IMG/VR virus record: IMGVR_UViG_3300022561_000002
Reading direction: 5' to 3' (one strand)
DNA length: 61,570 bases
Origin: a virus
Lineage: Duplodnaviria > Heunggongvirae > Uroviricota > Caudoviricetes
Shown: one piece after another, positions 9,854-20,752 of the stretch
Layout: each line of letters starts with the position of its first letter
Numbering within the stretch: position 1 is the first letter of the stretch
Program-made: the position numbers and the translations under genes
The notes under the pieces: generated by a model
Seen by the model: only the letters and a program-made list of their open reading frames with translations
Told to the model about the DNA's origin: nothing
The model's database searches: none

Positions 9854-11045
9854 AATTTTAATTGATGGTCAAAGATTGAATGAAGTAATTCTACCTCTAA
9901 TGAACGTTTCAAGACGAACAAAAAGTGGGAGAGTAGACGATAAAGAAAGTTTAAATAAATCGCAGATTTATGTAACAACCGCAGGTTATAAAGGTAGTTT
10001 TGCTTATGATAAGTTACTACAATTACTTATATGGCAGATTGTTAAACCTCAAGATTCTTTTGTTTTCGGTGGAAGCTGGCGTATACCAGTTGCACATAAA
10101 TTACTTGATAGAACTTTCGTAAAAGACCTTAAGATGGATGGTACGTTCAATGAAAATTCATTTTCACGAGAGTACGAGTCTGAATGGTCTGGTAGTGTGG
10201 AAGACGCATTCTTTGCGCCAGAGTCGTTTGATAAACATCGTTTACTTAAACAGCCTGAATATGAATATAGTGGGAAAACAACTGCGAAAAGTTATTATAT
10301 ATTATCAGTAGACGTTGGCCGTATTGGTTGTCAATCGGTAGTAATGGTAATAAAGGTAGTTCCTCAAGTAAAAGGATTAGCATTTAAAAATCTTGTTAAT
10401 ATTTATACTTTTGATGAAGAACATTTTGGTGTTCAAGCTTTAAAAATCAAGAGATTATATTATAAATATAACCCAAGAGCAATAGTAATAGATGGTAATG
10501 GTCTAGGAATAGGCCTTATTGATTATATGGTAACACAATCTGTGGACGAAAGTACTAAAGAATCATATGTACCTTTTGGAATAATTAATGACACAGATAA
10601 TTTATATAAAAAATATATTACACCTGATACCGAGAAGGAAGTTATATACGTCGTCAAAGCAAACTCAGAGATTAATACTGAGGCGCATACGAATCTACTA
10701 AGTCAAATATCCTCCGGCAAGGTGAGGTTTTTAATCGATGAACGTGCAGCCAAGGCTAAGTTCCTAGCAACAAAAATAGGAATATCAGCTTCTGCAATTC
10801 AAAGAGCTAATTACTTAAAACCTTTTACTCTAACTTCGATTTTGAGAGAAGAAATGTTAAACCTTAAAGAACAACGTGAAGGCAAACATTTAATATTAGA
10901 ATCAGTTAATAGAAAGATTAAACGAGATAAATTCTCGGCTTTTGAGTATGGTTTATATTATATTAAAATATTAGAAGATAATAGTAATAAGAAAAAACGA
11001 GGAAATATTGGTGATTTTGTGTTCTACTCACCATCGAAAGGATAA
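9854..11045 (+). CDS. terL: Terminase large subunit, exon 2 (nuclease)
   Basis: YVTTAG, REYESEW, LSVDVGR, IVIDGNGLG, DKFSAFEYG. Confidence 0.88.
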
Positions 11046-11049
11046 TGAG

Positions 11050-11412
11050 ATGGCATCAAGAGGAGAATTAAAGATAGAAGATATTTTAAAAATGAACCAC
11101 ATAAAATTTGATAAAGAATATATATTTACAAAATTAATTAGTTCAAGTGGGAGACCTTTGCGGTTTGACTTTGTAATTTTTGATGATGATAATAATATTG
11201 ATTTTTTAATAGAGTATCAAGGAGAGCAGCACTATACTAGTGTGGCTCACTTTGGTGGTCCATCACATTTACAAAAACAAAAATTTAATGACAGTAAAAA
11301 ACAACAATTTTGTATGCAAAATAATTATCCGCTTGTCACAATCCCTTTTTGGGATTACGAAAAATTAGATTACGATTATATCTTTAATCGAGCCGATGAA
11401 TTAAGAATTTAA
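11050..11412 (+). CDS. Small PD-(D/E)XK/Vsr-like endonuclease
   Basis: LRFDFVI...IEYQGEQHY...NDSKK; start moved to MASRG. Confidence 0.75.
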   Translation: MASRGELKIEDILKMNHIKFDKEYIFTKLISSSGRPLRFDFVIFDDDNNIDFLIEYQGEQHYTSVAHFGGPSHLQKQKFNDSKKQQFCMQNNYPLVTIPFWDYEKLDYDYIFNRADELRI

Positions 11413-11420
11413 CCAAGGAG

Positions 11421-12917
11421 GTGATTCCCATAAGACAGCATGAAACAAATACAAAAACCGAAACAGTAAATTTTGCAAAAATGACCCGTGGCATGGATGT
11501 TATTGATGATGCCGTAATTGAGTTGGAAAAATTTAGAAAATCTAAATATAGAACTTCTTTTGCTGACAAGGATGCTATAATTAACGCTTTAGAAACCAAT
11601 AATACTAAATTTTTAAGAGAAATGTCAAACTATTATGTATCCATTAGTGGTATATATTCTAGATTTGTAAAATATTTAGCAGGAATCTTAACATATAGCT
11701 GGTATGCATATCCATATATGCCACAAGAAAATTACAACGAGAAAAAAGTTGAACGAGAGTTAAATGGTGTAATACAATATTTAGATAATCTTGGTATTCC
11801 AATTACTTTTTATGATATATCAACAAAGGTAATCATAGACGGTGCTTTTTATGGATATATGATTAACAACCCAAGCAAAACTCTAGGAACGATTTTAGAA
11901 TTGCCGGTTGATTATTGTAGATCTAGATATAAATATAATGGAATGGATGCGGTTGAGTTTAATGTAAAATATTTTACTGAACAAATTATCGATCCAGAGC
12001 AAAGAGCTATTGTATTAAAAAACTTTCCACCTGAATTTAATAAAAACTATCAAGCCTATAGAGCTGGTGTTTTAAAGGTTGATAAGATGGATGGTGGCGC
12101 ATGGTTCTTATGTGATTTAAATTTAGCAATGAAATTTAGTCTTTCGACCAATGATATACCAATCTTTTCTTCTGTCACGCCTACTTTAATTAACTTAGAT
12201 GAAGCAAAACAGTTAGATATGAAAAAGACAATGCAAGAATTGTTAAAAATTATTATTCAAAAAATGCCTCTTGATAAAAATAGTGAAATGGTATTCGATT
12301 TAGATGAAGCACAAGCAATGCATAACAACGCATGTCGTATGTTGAGTAATGCGGTTAACGTCGATGTCCTTACTACTTTTGCTGAAATTGATGTTGCGGA
12401 TTTAGATAATGCAAATGCTTCTTCTGTAAAAGACCCATTACAAAAAGTCGAAAGAGGAGTGTTTAATGAAGCTGGTATTAGTCAGATGCTATTTGCAACT
12501 GATGGTAATATTGCTTTAGAGAAATCTATTTTAAATGATGAAAGTTTAATGTTTTATTTGTTAGGGCAGTATCAAAACAAATTAAACTCAATTATAGAAT
12601 TTTTATTTAATAAGAAGAGTACATTTAAAATTAGTATGCCAAATCTTAGTATTTATAATTTAGATAGAAAAGAAAAAATGTTTAAAGAATTGGCAACAGC
12701 GGGTTATTCAAAATTATTACCTGCAATTACTAGTGGTATGTCACAAAGTGAATTTTTATCATTAAATGAATATGAAAATAAAATATTAAAACTTAATGAG
12801 AAAATGGTTCCATTATCAATTAGTTCTACTCAATCTGCGGGGACTGGTAAAGTAGGAGCGCCTACTAAAGACAATCCTAGTGAGAAGACAATTCAAAATA
12901 AAGAAAGTCAAAGTTAA
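11421..12917 (+). CDS. Portal protein
   Basis: About 500 aa, between terminase and protease; start codon uncertain. Confidence 0.75.
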   Translation: MIPIRQHETNTKTETVNFAKMTRGMDVIDDAVIELEKFRKSKYRTSFADKDAIINALETNNTKFLREMSNYYVSISGIYSRFVKYLAGILTYSWYAYPYMPQENYNEKKVERELNGVIQYLDNLGIPITFYDISTKVIIDGAFYGYMINNPSKTLGTILELPVDYCRSRYKYNGMDAVEFNVKYFTEQIIDPEQRAIVLKNFPPEFNKNYQAYRAGVLKVDKMDGGAWFLCDLNLAMKFSLSTNDIPIFSSVTPTLINLDEAKQLDMKKTMQELLKIIIQKMPLDKNSEMVFDLDEAQAMHNNACRMLSNAVNVDVLTTFAEIDVADLDNANASSVKDPLQKVERGVFNEAGISQMLFATDGNIALEKSILNDESLMFYLLGQYQNKLNSIIEFLFNKKSTFKISMPNLSIYNLDRKEKMFKELATAGYSKLLPAITSGMSQSEFLSLNEYENKILKLNEKMVPLSISSTQSAGTGKVGAPTKDNPSEKTIQNKESQS

Positions 12918-12931
12918 GGGGTGATGAAATA

Positions 12932-14245
12932 GTGAATAAAGAAAAACATGTAATAACGCAATTCGAATTTGAATTTATTAATATCGTACCAATAAATGAT
13001 TATATATCTAGTTGTGAAATTAAGGTATTATATCATGGTAAGAATCGTAATGGTAGTTTTATATCGAAGGCAGTTGGTAATGAAATTGCTAATTCTCTTC
13101 CTAGAACTCCTATTGTTGCGTTTTATAATGAAGAATTGGGAGATTATGAAGGTCATAAACAAGAGCTAGAAATTAAAGAAAATGAAATTAAATTCATAAG
13201 CAAAACAGTACCTTTTGGTGCGGTTTCAGAGTATGGTCCAATTGGTTGGAGAAAGTTTGAAGATAAAGATGGTATGGTTCGTGAGTATTTAGTTTGTCAA
13301 GGTTTTTTATGGACTGGTAGATACCCACATCTAAAAAATGTTATTAAAAACTCAAAATCACAATCTATGGAATTTTTTCCTGAAAGTATTGATGGTGCTT
13401 GGGCAAAATTTGAAAATGAAGATAGCGAATTTTTCATATTCAATGAAGCAAGTATTTCTGCTTTATGTATTTTAGGCGATGATATCGAGCCTTGCTTCGA
13501 AGGAGCTAACATAGGAACGCCTGATGTATTTTACTCGCTTGAAAAAGGAGAGTTTAAACAGGAATTTAATAACTTTATGTTAGAGCTTGATAAAGTTCTT
13601 AATAAGAATCTTGAAGAAGGAGGTACAATACATAACATGGATAAAGAAAAAGAAATCACAACTCAAGAAACAGAATTTGAGTTAGATAAAACAGAAGATG
13701 TTGTTGATACTGAAGTAACAGAAGAATTTACTGAAGAAGAAGTTGTAGAAACAGCAGAGGAATTCACTGAAGAAGAAGTAGTTGAAGATGCAGTAGAGGA
13801 ATCTACTGAAGAAGAAACTGCTGAAGTAACAGAAGAATTTACTGCCGAAGAAACAACTGAAGAAGTAGTAGAAGAGTCTGAAACAGATGCTCAATTTGAA
13901 ATTTTAAATAACAAATTTACAACTTTAGAAACTGAATATAACGAATTGAAAATTAAATATGAAATACTATTTAATGCTAAAATCGAACAAGATGTTCAGG
14001 TAAAGAATGCGCTTTGTGATAAGTTTGAAATTGTAGGAGAAGAAACTATATCTGGTATTAGAGCTAGTTTAGAAAATTATACTATCGAAGAACTTGAAGA
14101 TAAGCTTTCAGCTATAGCCTTCAAAAAAGGAATTAGTTTTGATTTAATAGGAAATCAAGATAGCATTATAACTCCAGTCGTAAAACAGAAATCTAACAAT
14201 GCACCAGCATGGTTACAAGCTGTTGAAGATAGGGTTAAAAAATAA
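12932..14245 (+). CDS. Prohead protease/scaffold fusion
   Basis: GKNRNGS, QSME, ALCILG, EPCFEGA N-terminal domain; acidic linker and coiled C-terminus. Confidence 0.75.
   Translation: MNKEKHVITQFEFEFINIVPINDYISSCEIKVLYHGKNRNGSFISKAVGNEIANSLPRTPIVAFYNEELGDYEGHKQELEIKENEIKFISKTVPFGAVSEYGPIGWRKFEDKDGMVREYLVCQGFLWTGRYPHLKNVIKNSKSQSMEFFPESIDGAWAKFENEDSEFFIFNEASISALCILGDDIEPCFEGANIGTPDVFYSLEKGEFKQEFNNFMLELDKVLNKNLEEGGTIHNMDKEKEITTQETEFELDKTEDVVDTEVTEEFTEEEVVETAEEFTEEEVVEDAVEESTEEETAEVTEEFTAEETTEEVVEESETDAQFEILNNKFTTLETEYNELKIKYEILFNAKIEQDVQVKNALCDKFEIVGEETISGIRASLENYTIEELEDKLSAIAFKKGISFDLIGNQDSIITPVVKQKSNNAPAWLQAVEDRVKK
13711..13875 (+). repeat. Degenerate coding repeat (EEFTEEEVVE-like) in scaffold
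   Basis: About 5 imperfect Glu-rich units. Confidence 0.7.
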
Positions 14246-14281
14246 ATAAGAATTTCAAAATATATTAAGGAGGAAAAATAT

Positions 14282-14806
14282 ATGGCACTTTTAACAAAAA
14301 CTGGATTTGGTCAGGTTGAACCTAATCACTTATCCGCACAAAGAACAGCTCAAATTCACGCTCAAAAAGTTTGGACTAAAGGCGATGATACAATATTACA
14401 AAACGGATCTTTTCTAAAATATGATGGAAACATAGCTGGAACTGGCGAATGGATGTTGGTTTACAACGAAATTAAATTATATGATTCTGCAAGACAGGGA
14501 TATAAAGATTTTGCTCTTAAAGTAGGGGAAGCAGTTAGTGATGAAATCGTTCCAAGACTTTTCAAAATCAATGAAAATGATATTTTCACTACAAATTTGA
14601 TTGATACTACTGCTGTTGATACTGCTGTAGTTGGAGCTAAGTTCGTACCTACACCTGGTGCAAACGGCAGTGGAATAGAAGCAGTTGCTGTTTTAACAGA
14701 AACCGCAGTTCCAGTCGCAGGAGATATGGTATTTGAATTAGTAAAAATGACAACAATGCCAGATGGTCAAGTTGCTGCAAAAGTAAGATTTGTAGGCACA
14801 TTATAA
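14282..14806 (+). CDS. Head decoration/minor capsid protein
   Basis: Position between scaffold and capsid; size. Confidence 0.55.
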   Translation: MALLTKTGFGQVEPNHLSAQRTAQIHAQKVWTKGDDTILQNGSFLKYDGNIAGTGEWMLVYNEIKLYDSARQGYKDFALKVGEAVSDEIVPRLFKINENDIFTTNLIDTTAVDTAVVGAKFVPTPGANGSGIEAVAVLTETAVPVAGDMVFELVKMTTMPDGQVAAKVRFVGTL

Positions 14807-14828
14807 TCTTTAGAAAGGAGATAACAAA

Positions 14829-15842
14829 ATGAAATTAGATAAAAATGAAATCGTTCTATTAGCTAAACAAGTAGCTAATGCAAATAAGAAAGCACCTGCT
14901 GCTTTTAGATTTGAAGATAAAGAATATAGTTTTGAAGCGTTGAATGACACTTTAAGAGAACAGTTCCAGGAACTTGCTGGTACTTATAATCTTTACAGAA
15001 AAAACAAAAATGAAATTTTTGAAATTATGCAAGAAGTAATTGATGAAGTTCTTCCAAAGAAAGTATTAGAAACTTATGGCATGTTTGCTGAAGTTAAACA
15101 ATATGGACAAGGAAATAAACCTCAATTTACTAAAAAGATGGGAAAACAAAGAGCTAAACAGTTTATTACTAAAGTCGGCTTAGCTGGTATTTATGAAGTA
15201 TTCAAATTAGACAAAGGATTCTATGAAATTGAAACAACTGCATTCGGTGGAGCTGCTCAAATTGGATTAGAAGAATTCCTAGATGGCATTGTAGATTTCT
15301 CAAGCTTAACAGATATTATCCTTATGGGATTAGATGACGCTGTATATACAGAAATTGCTAAAGCTCTTACAAGTGTGTACTCTCAGCTTCCAGGAGCTAA
15401 TACACATTCAGCCGCTAATTTTTCTGAAACTGAATTTGATAAACTTATAGCTATTGCTAGAGCTTATGGTACTCCAGTTATTTATACTAGTTTAGAATTT
15501 GCTACAACATTAGTCCCAGCTGCTGATTGGAGATCCAATGAGATCAAAAATGAAATGTATGACCAAGGTTATGTAGGTTCTCACAAAGGAACTAAAGTTA
15601 TTGTATTGCCTAACTCCTTTACTGATGAAACTAATGTTACTAAAGTATTGGATACAAGCTTTGCTTATATCATCCCAACTAGTGCAACTGATAAACCAGT
15701 TAAAATCGCTATGGAAGGCGAAACAATCATAGATGAATATGTTAACTATGATCGTTCTAGAGAAATCCAAGCTTACAAAAAGTTTGGTGTTGGTATCGTT
15801 GCTAATAACGATATATGTATTTACGAAAATACAGCTGTTTAA
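14829..15842 (+). CDS. Major capsid protein
   Basis: 337 aa, strong RBS, followed by a terminator, canonical position. Confidence 0.8.
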   Translation: MKLDKNEIVLLAKQVANANKKAPAAFRFEDKEYSFEALNDTLREQFQELAGTYNLYRKNKNEIFEIMQEVIDEVLPKKVLETYGMFAEVKQYGQGNKPQFTKKMGKQRAKQFITKVGLAGIYEVFKLDKGFYEIETTAFGGAAQIGLEEFLDGIVDFSSLTDIILMGLDDAVYTEIAKALTSVYSQLPGANTHSAANFSETEFDKLIAIARAYGTPVIYTSLEFATTLVPAADWRSNEIKNEMYDQGYVGSHKGTKVIVLPNSFTDETNVTKVLDTSFAYIIPTSATDKPVKIAMEGETIIDEYVNYDRSREIQAYKKFGVGIVANNDICIYENTAV

Positions 15843-15854
15843 TAAATAGAGAAG

Positions 15855-15891
15855 ATATGGGAGGGAGGTTCACCTCCTTCCCGATATTTTT
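15855..15891 (+). terminator. Intrinsic terminator
   Basis: GGGAGGGAGGT/ACCTCCTTCCC stem plus T-run. Confidence 0.8.
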
Positions 15892-15917
15892 GGTTTTAGG
15901 ATAAAAAGGAGAATAAA

Positions 15918-16487
15918 ATGGATTTAAATAAAAAAGTCTCTGTTAGAAATAGAGCAAAAGGTTCAATCAGTTATACAATTGATGCATTAAGAGTTACTAG
16001 ATCATGGGCAACTACAGGTGCGGTTATTAATATTCCTATTAATGAATTAATAGAATTAACTACAATACCAGGTGGTCAGAAATTATTAGATAAATATTTA
16101 GTAATTGAAGATAAAGAAGCCTTAAGCGCGGTTTATGATTATGAATTAGCTCCTGAATATAACTATGGGGAAACAGAAATTGATTATCTGCTACATAATG
16201 GGACTAACGAACAACTACTTGATGCTTTAGATTATGCTCCACAAGGAGTTTTAGATTTAATTCGTACTATGTCAATAAAAAAGATGCCTGACACTACTGT
16301 TAAAGTTAGTGCTATAAATAATAAATTTCAAATTAATTTATCAAATTTAGCGTTAAATGCAGCAGAAACAGAAGAAGATGATAAAGAAGAAGAAAATACT
16401 GCGGCTAGAAGATCTACTCCAGTAGAGTTAGAAAAACCAATTAAGCCTGCTGGTTCAAAATACAACGTTGTTAAAACAACAAAATAA
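15918..16487 (+). CDS. Virion morphogenesis hypothetical protein
   Basis: RBS; position after capsid. Confidence 0.6.
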   Translation: MDLNKKVSVRNRAKGSISYTIDALRVTRSWATTGAVINIPINELIELTTIPGGQKLLDKYLVIEDKEALSAVYDYELAPEYNYGETEIDYLLHNGTNEQLLDALDYAPQGVLDLIRTMSIKKMPDTTVKVSAINNKFQINLSNLALNAAETEEDDKEEENTAARRSTPVELEKPIKPAGSKYNVVKTTK

Positions 16488-16505
16488 TAGAAAGAAGGAG
16501 TAATC

Positions 16506-17024
16506 ATGACAGAAATCGAAAGATATGCGGGAACTACTCCATTTCAGATTATTTATGATGCTTTCTTTAATTTAGTTACCGATGATATGTATTTAGAGTG
16601 GGAAGAACAAGAAACAATCGCTGATATAAAAAATATATTTTTAGCATCGTTAACAAATTTTGAATTTCCTCGCTTTAAACTATATGGTTATTCTTTTGGT
16701 GATAGTCAAGCTATACCCGTTACTATTGATCAATATGATTGTATTTTAGATCAAGAAGAAATTAATATTTTTGCAAACTTGATGATTATTGAATGGACGG
16801 TTAGACAATTAGCAACAGTAGATGTAACTAGACAAAGATACAGTTCAAAAGACTTTGCGTTTACCTCACAAGCAAACCATTTAGCTAAATTAATAGACCT
16901 AAAACAAAATTTTATGAGTGACTCTAAAAGACTACAAAGACTATATAAAAGAAGACTTGTAAATGATTTAGGATATATGGAAGCTAACTATGCGGGACTT
17001 GGAGGAAAAGCGAATGCAAACTAA
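16506..17024 (+). CDS. Putative head-tail adaptor
   Basis: Position and size only. Confidence 0.45.
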   Translation: MTEIERYAGTTPFQIIYDAFFNLVTDDMYLEWEEQETIADIKNIFLASLTNFEFPRFKLYGYSFGDSQAIPVTIDQYDCILDQEEINIFANLMIIEWTVRQLATVDVTRQRYSSKDFAFTSQANHLAKLIDLKQNFMSDSKRLQRLYKRRLVNDLGYMEANYAGLGGKANAN

Positions 17025-17310
17025 GTATGGAATGGAATTTTCGGTAGAAGCCGAAAAAGACTATAAAAGATTTTTAATTAATATGATTTATAAAATGTTA
17101 CCTATTAGAGAAGAAGGAAAAGATTGGCAAAAATATTTAGACTCTTCTATTTTAGAGATACATGGTTTTTTGAATTTATTTGAACAAATTGATGAACTTT
17201 CTATTATTAGGATTTTATCAAAATTAGAAAGTCTAAAAACACTAGATCAAGAAGAAGATTTTTATAACTATCGAAAAATAGTACTTGAATGTACTAATTT
17301 GGTAAAATAG
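17014..17310 (+). CDS. Neck-region hypothetical protein
   Basis: GGAGG RBS before MQTKY. Confidence 0.6.
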   Translation: MQTKYGMEFSVEAEKDYKRFLINMIYKMLPIREEGKDWQKYLDSSILEIHGFLNLFEQIDELSIIRILSKLESLKTLDQEEDFYNYRKIVLECTNLVK

Positions 17311-17322
17311 AGGAGGGTTACT

Positions 17323-18519
17323 ATGGGAGAAAGCTATGATTTATTCAACCTAAGAATAACGTCCTCAATGTCGGTATCTCAAAGTAAAATGATTGCTGAT
17401 AAAATATCTTCATTTAAAAGAGCTTTAAGAAGTGGTTATAATGTAGAAACAGTATCGTTAGATAGTACAGAATTTTTAGCTTTAATATCTTCAACAAATG
17501 GAAACCCTGATGTTGAAAGAAAAAGTTTTTCTACTTTAGTAGATAATAGCTGTAAAATTGGCGATGATATATATTGGGAAGCTGATGGTTCACATTGGAT
17601 TATCACCGAACGATCTTCTACTGAAAAAGCTATTTTTCAAGGTTATATAGATAAGGCATTATATGAATTAGAATGGAAAGATTTAGAGACTGGCAAAGTA
17701 TATTCTCAATGGGCGTGCGTTGTAGGTCCAAAAGAAAAAAGCATTGCAGATGGAACAAAAAACTCTATCGTTTATGATATGTTTTCTGAATCCTTACATA
17801 TATTAATTCCAAAGTCTGCGGCAGGGGTCTCCCTTCTCAGCAGATATTTTGAAATAATGGTTAATAAAAGAAAATGGTTGATTGAGGTTATTGATGATGT
17901 AACTAACGCTGACTTAATTGGTTTACAGTTAATTGAGGTTGCAAAAGACAGAGAAATTGATAGTGAAACAATCGTAAACGGAAATTTACCAATAAACTTT
18001 TTAATTACTTCATCACTAGATAATATTACAGAGCTTGTGCTTGATAATAGTATTACACTAAATCCTGTTTTATATAAGAACGGTGTAGTGCAAGATTTAA
18101 ATGCTATTGTTTCTGTAGAAAACGGCACATATATTAACAATATCATAACTTTTGATATACTTGGCGTAGCAATCGTTGAAATAACTTATCCTAATATAGA
18201 TGTATCAACTACTTATACAATTAATATAGTTGAAAGTAGTATTGCAGAAATACCATTAACTCAAATAATAGGAGATTCAACATTAAAGACATTAAATTCT
18301 ACAACATATACATTAATTAATCTTTTAAATGGAGTTAATGTTCCATTAGATGGTTCTTGGGTTGTAAATAGTCAATATATGACTATCGTTAATCAAACAA
18401 GTAGTGTATTAATAATTAAAGCAACAACTCGTACAGGTATCACAGTTATTAAATATATACATGGTATTGATGAATATGAAAAAGAAATAAAAATTATCCC
18501 AATGTTTGGAGGGAATTAA
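17323..18519 (+). CDS. Putative head closure/neck protein with beta-rich (Ig-like) C-terminus
   Basis: Position; beta-strand-rich C-terminal half. Confidence 0.45.
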   Translation: MGESYDLFNLRITSSMSVSQSKMIADKISSFKRALRSGYNVETVSLDSTEFLALISSTNGNPDVERKSFSTLVDNSCKIGDDIYWEADGSHWIITERSSTEKAIFQGYIDKALYELEWKDLETGKVYSQWACVVGPKEKSIADGTKNSIVYDMFSESLHILIPKSAAGVSLLSRYFEIMVNKRKWLIEVIDDVTNADLIGLQLIEVAKDREIDSETIVNGNLPINFLITSSLDNITELVLDNSITLNPVLYKNGVVQDLNAIVSVENGTYINNIITFDILGVAIVEITYPNIDVSTTYTINIVESSIAEIPLTQIIGDSTLKTLNSTTYTLINLLNGVNVPLDGSWVVNSQYMTIVNQTSSVLIIKATTRTGITVIKYIHGIDEYEKEIKIIPMFGGN

Positions 18520-18522
18520 AGG

Positions 18523-19038
18523 ATGGCAAGTATAAGAGATATGATGGGGTTAAATCAGGCTAACTTCTCAACTGTAGAAAAAGATTTTTCTGTTTTAATA
18601 GGAAAGATTTTTGAAAATCAAAATTTATTAAAATTACTTTATTATAATGATGCAGATTGTTTAAGTAAACCTGATATTACCGACAACAATATATTAAACG
18701 AAATATCACAAGAGAACGTTAGAATCGTTCCAAATTTAAAAGTTCCAAAGAATGAGGGTTCTTATTTAATTATTACATTTGATCAATTCTCGCCTAATTT
18801 AAATAACCCCGAGTTTTTAGATAATTCAATATTAATCGATGTCCTATGTCCTGTTGATTTGTGGGTTATGGATAGCTATATGTTGAGACCGTTTAAAATT
18901 ATGCACGAAATAAATTCTTTTATAGATAAAAGAAAATTTAATGGAATTGGAAAAGTTAATTTCTTAGGTTCTGCTTTATTAAATTTAGAGGATTATGTCG
19001 GATATCAACTTATATATTCGGTAATCAATGATGTATAA
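18523..19038 (+). CDS. Putative tail completion protein
   Basis: Position two genes upstream of the tail tube. Confidence 0.45.
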   Translation: MASIRDMMGLNQANFSTVEKDFSVLIGKIFENQNLLKLLYYNDADCLSKPDITDNNILNEISQENVRIVPNLKVPKNEGSYLIITFDQFSPNLNNPEFLDNSILIDVLCPVDLWVMDSYMLRPFKIMHEINSFIDKRKFNGIGKVNFLGSALLNLEDYVGYQLIYSVINDV

Positions 19039-19801
19039 AGTTAATTCATTAAATTTAATGACGGGCACTGACATTTTGATAGATAATTATTCGGTCAAAA
19101 TCCATCAACCTAGTATGAAAGAAATTTCAATAATAGGTGAAGAAAGGTTTTTTAAAAGTTTAAATCTTTTTATTGTGGAATATGATGATTTGAAGCAAAA
19201 TTTAATTGATGACCTTGTTACTAATAATGGTGATATTGGTGAAGAGGACTTAGATACAATTAAAAACTTTAATGACTTAGATATCTTGTTGCTATTATGT
19301 AGATCCGATGAAGAGACTACTAGAATTTTAAGTGATATGTTTAATTTAATTTTCAAAGACTATAAGTTTGAATTTTTAAAAACTGAACTTACAATGACTA
19401 TAACTGATACAGAGGGTGCTATTGTAACGATGGATATTGATTTATTTAATAATATTAAAAATATTATTAGTCAAATATTTATTTTTAATAAATTATTTGA
19501 TAAAGATAAATACAATCCCGCAAATGATAGAGCAAAAGAGATTATTAAAAAACTTGAAAAGAGCAAGAAGAAAATTGAAGCACAAAACGATTCACCAAAT
19601 AAAGCAGATAGTTTCTTTGCAAATTTAATTTCAATTTTAGGAGTTACTGGACAAAACGTTAATGAAATAAGTAATTTAACAATTTATCAACTATATAATC
19701 AGTTTGAGCGGTATAACTTGTATATGCAATATAATCAAAGTTTACAAGCCGCAATAGCTGGAGCTAAAGTTGAAATTATAGATTGGTTTACACAAATATA
19801 A
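19028..19801 (+). CDS. Tail-region hypothetical protein
   Basis: ORF track; coupled start. Confidence 0.55.
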   Translation: MMYKVNSLNLMTGTDILIDNYSVKIHQPSMKEISIIGEERFFKSLNLFIVEYDDLKQNLIDDLVTNNGDIGEEDLDTIKNFNDLDILLLLCRSDEETTRILSDMFNLIFKDYKFEFLKTELTMTITDTEGAIVTMDIDLFNNIKNIISQIFIFNKLFDKDKYNPANDRAKEIIKKLEKSKKKIEAQNDSPNKADSFFANLISILGVTGQNVNEISNLTIYQLYNQFERYNLYMQYNQSLQAAIAGAKVEIIDWFTQI

Positions 19802-19821
19802 TATTATAGGAGGTATAATAC

Positions 19822-20682
19822 ATGAAATTTGGTATAAGAGAAGCGGTTGAAGTAGTTTTCAAAACTACAAGAGCATATTCTGGTGAAGCTAATGATTATC
19901 TTTTAAGTGAAGGATATGCATGGAAAAAAGGCGAACCAGTTATGTATTTCGATACATTAAAAACATCCACTACTGAAGGTACAGCAACAACTGTATATGC
20001 AATGGGCGGAAAAGGAAATCCTAGACTTATCGCTTGGGAAGGCGAAAAAGTTATCACATTCACATTTGAAGATGCATTAATTTCATCTGAAGGAATGGCA
20101 ATTTTAACAGGAGCTGGATTGGTTGATGCTGCAGTAGATACCCCAATTCAAGTACATAGAAAAGCCGTTGTTGAAGGAACTGTTGTAGCAAATGTTATAA
20201 CTGTAGATCTTACTGCTGAAATGGGAGCTAACGATACTTTACTTGAAACTGACATATTTGGATTTGTCCTAGATGCAGATGGAGAAATTATCGCTAAATT
20301 AGGAGCTTCTACTACTGCTGCGGATACAACTGATGTAGTTACTTTCGCTTACACAACAGCATTGACAGATTTAACTGTTCTAGTAGATTACTATGTAATT
20401 ACTACTTCAGGAGTAAAAGAGATTACAATTGAACCTGATAAGTTCGCTGGATACTTCTATATAGAAGGCGAAACATTATTCAGAAGACAAGTAGATGGAC
20501 AAGACCTACCAGCAATGATAGTAATTCCAAATGCGAAGATTCAAACTGCATTTACTTTTGCAATGTCACCAAGTGGAGATCCATCAACATTCACTTTCAC
20601 AGCTGACGCATTCCCTGGTGTTATTAAGGGCGATACAACAGCTAAAAAGGTTCTTTATGGCATCCAGTTGTTTGAAGCTTAA
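19822..20682 (+). CDS. Major tail tube protein
   Basis: Thr/Ala/Val-rich; AMGGKGNPRLIAW, GDPSTFTF; terminator downstream. Confidence 0.75.
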   Translation: MKFGIREAVEVVFKTTRAYSGEANDYLLSEGYAWKKGEPVMYFDTLKTSTTEGTATTVYAMGGKGNPRLIAWEGEKVITFTFEDALISSEGMAILTGAGLVDAAVDTPIQVHRKAVVEGTVVANVITVDLTAEMGANDTLLETDIFGFVLDADGEIIAKLGASTTAADTTDVVTFAYTTALTDLTVLVDYYVITTSGVKEITIEPDKFAGYFYIEGETLFRRQVDGQDLPAMIVIPNAKIQTAFTFAMSPSGDPSTFTFTADAFPGVIKGDTTAKKVLYGIQLFEA

Positions 20683-20698
20683 AAATTAGTTAAATAAT

Positions 20699-20735
20699 GG
20701 TAGTGCAAATTAATTTTTGCACTACCGTATTTTTA
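20699..20735 (+). terminator. Intrinsic terminator
   Basis: GGTAGTGCAAA/TTTGCACTACC stem plus T-rich tail. Confidence 0.75.
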
Positions 20736-20752
20736 AAAAAGGAGATATAAGG

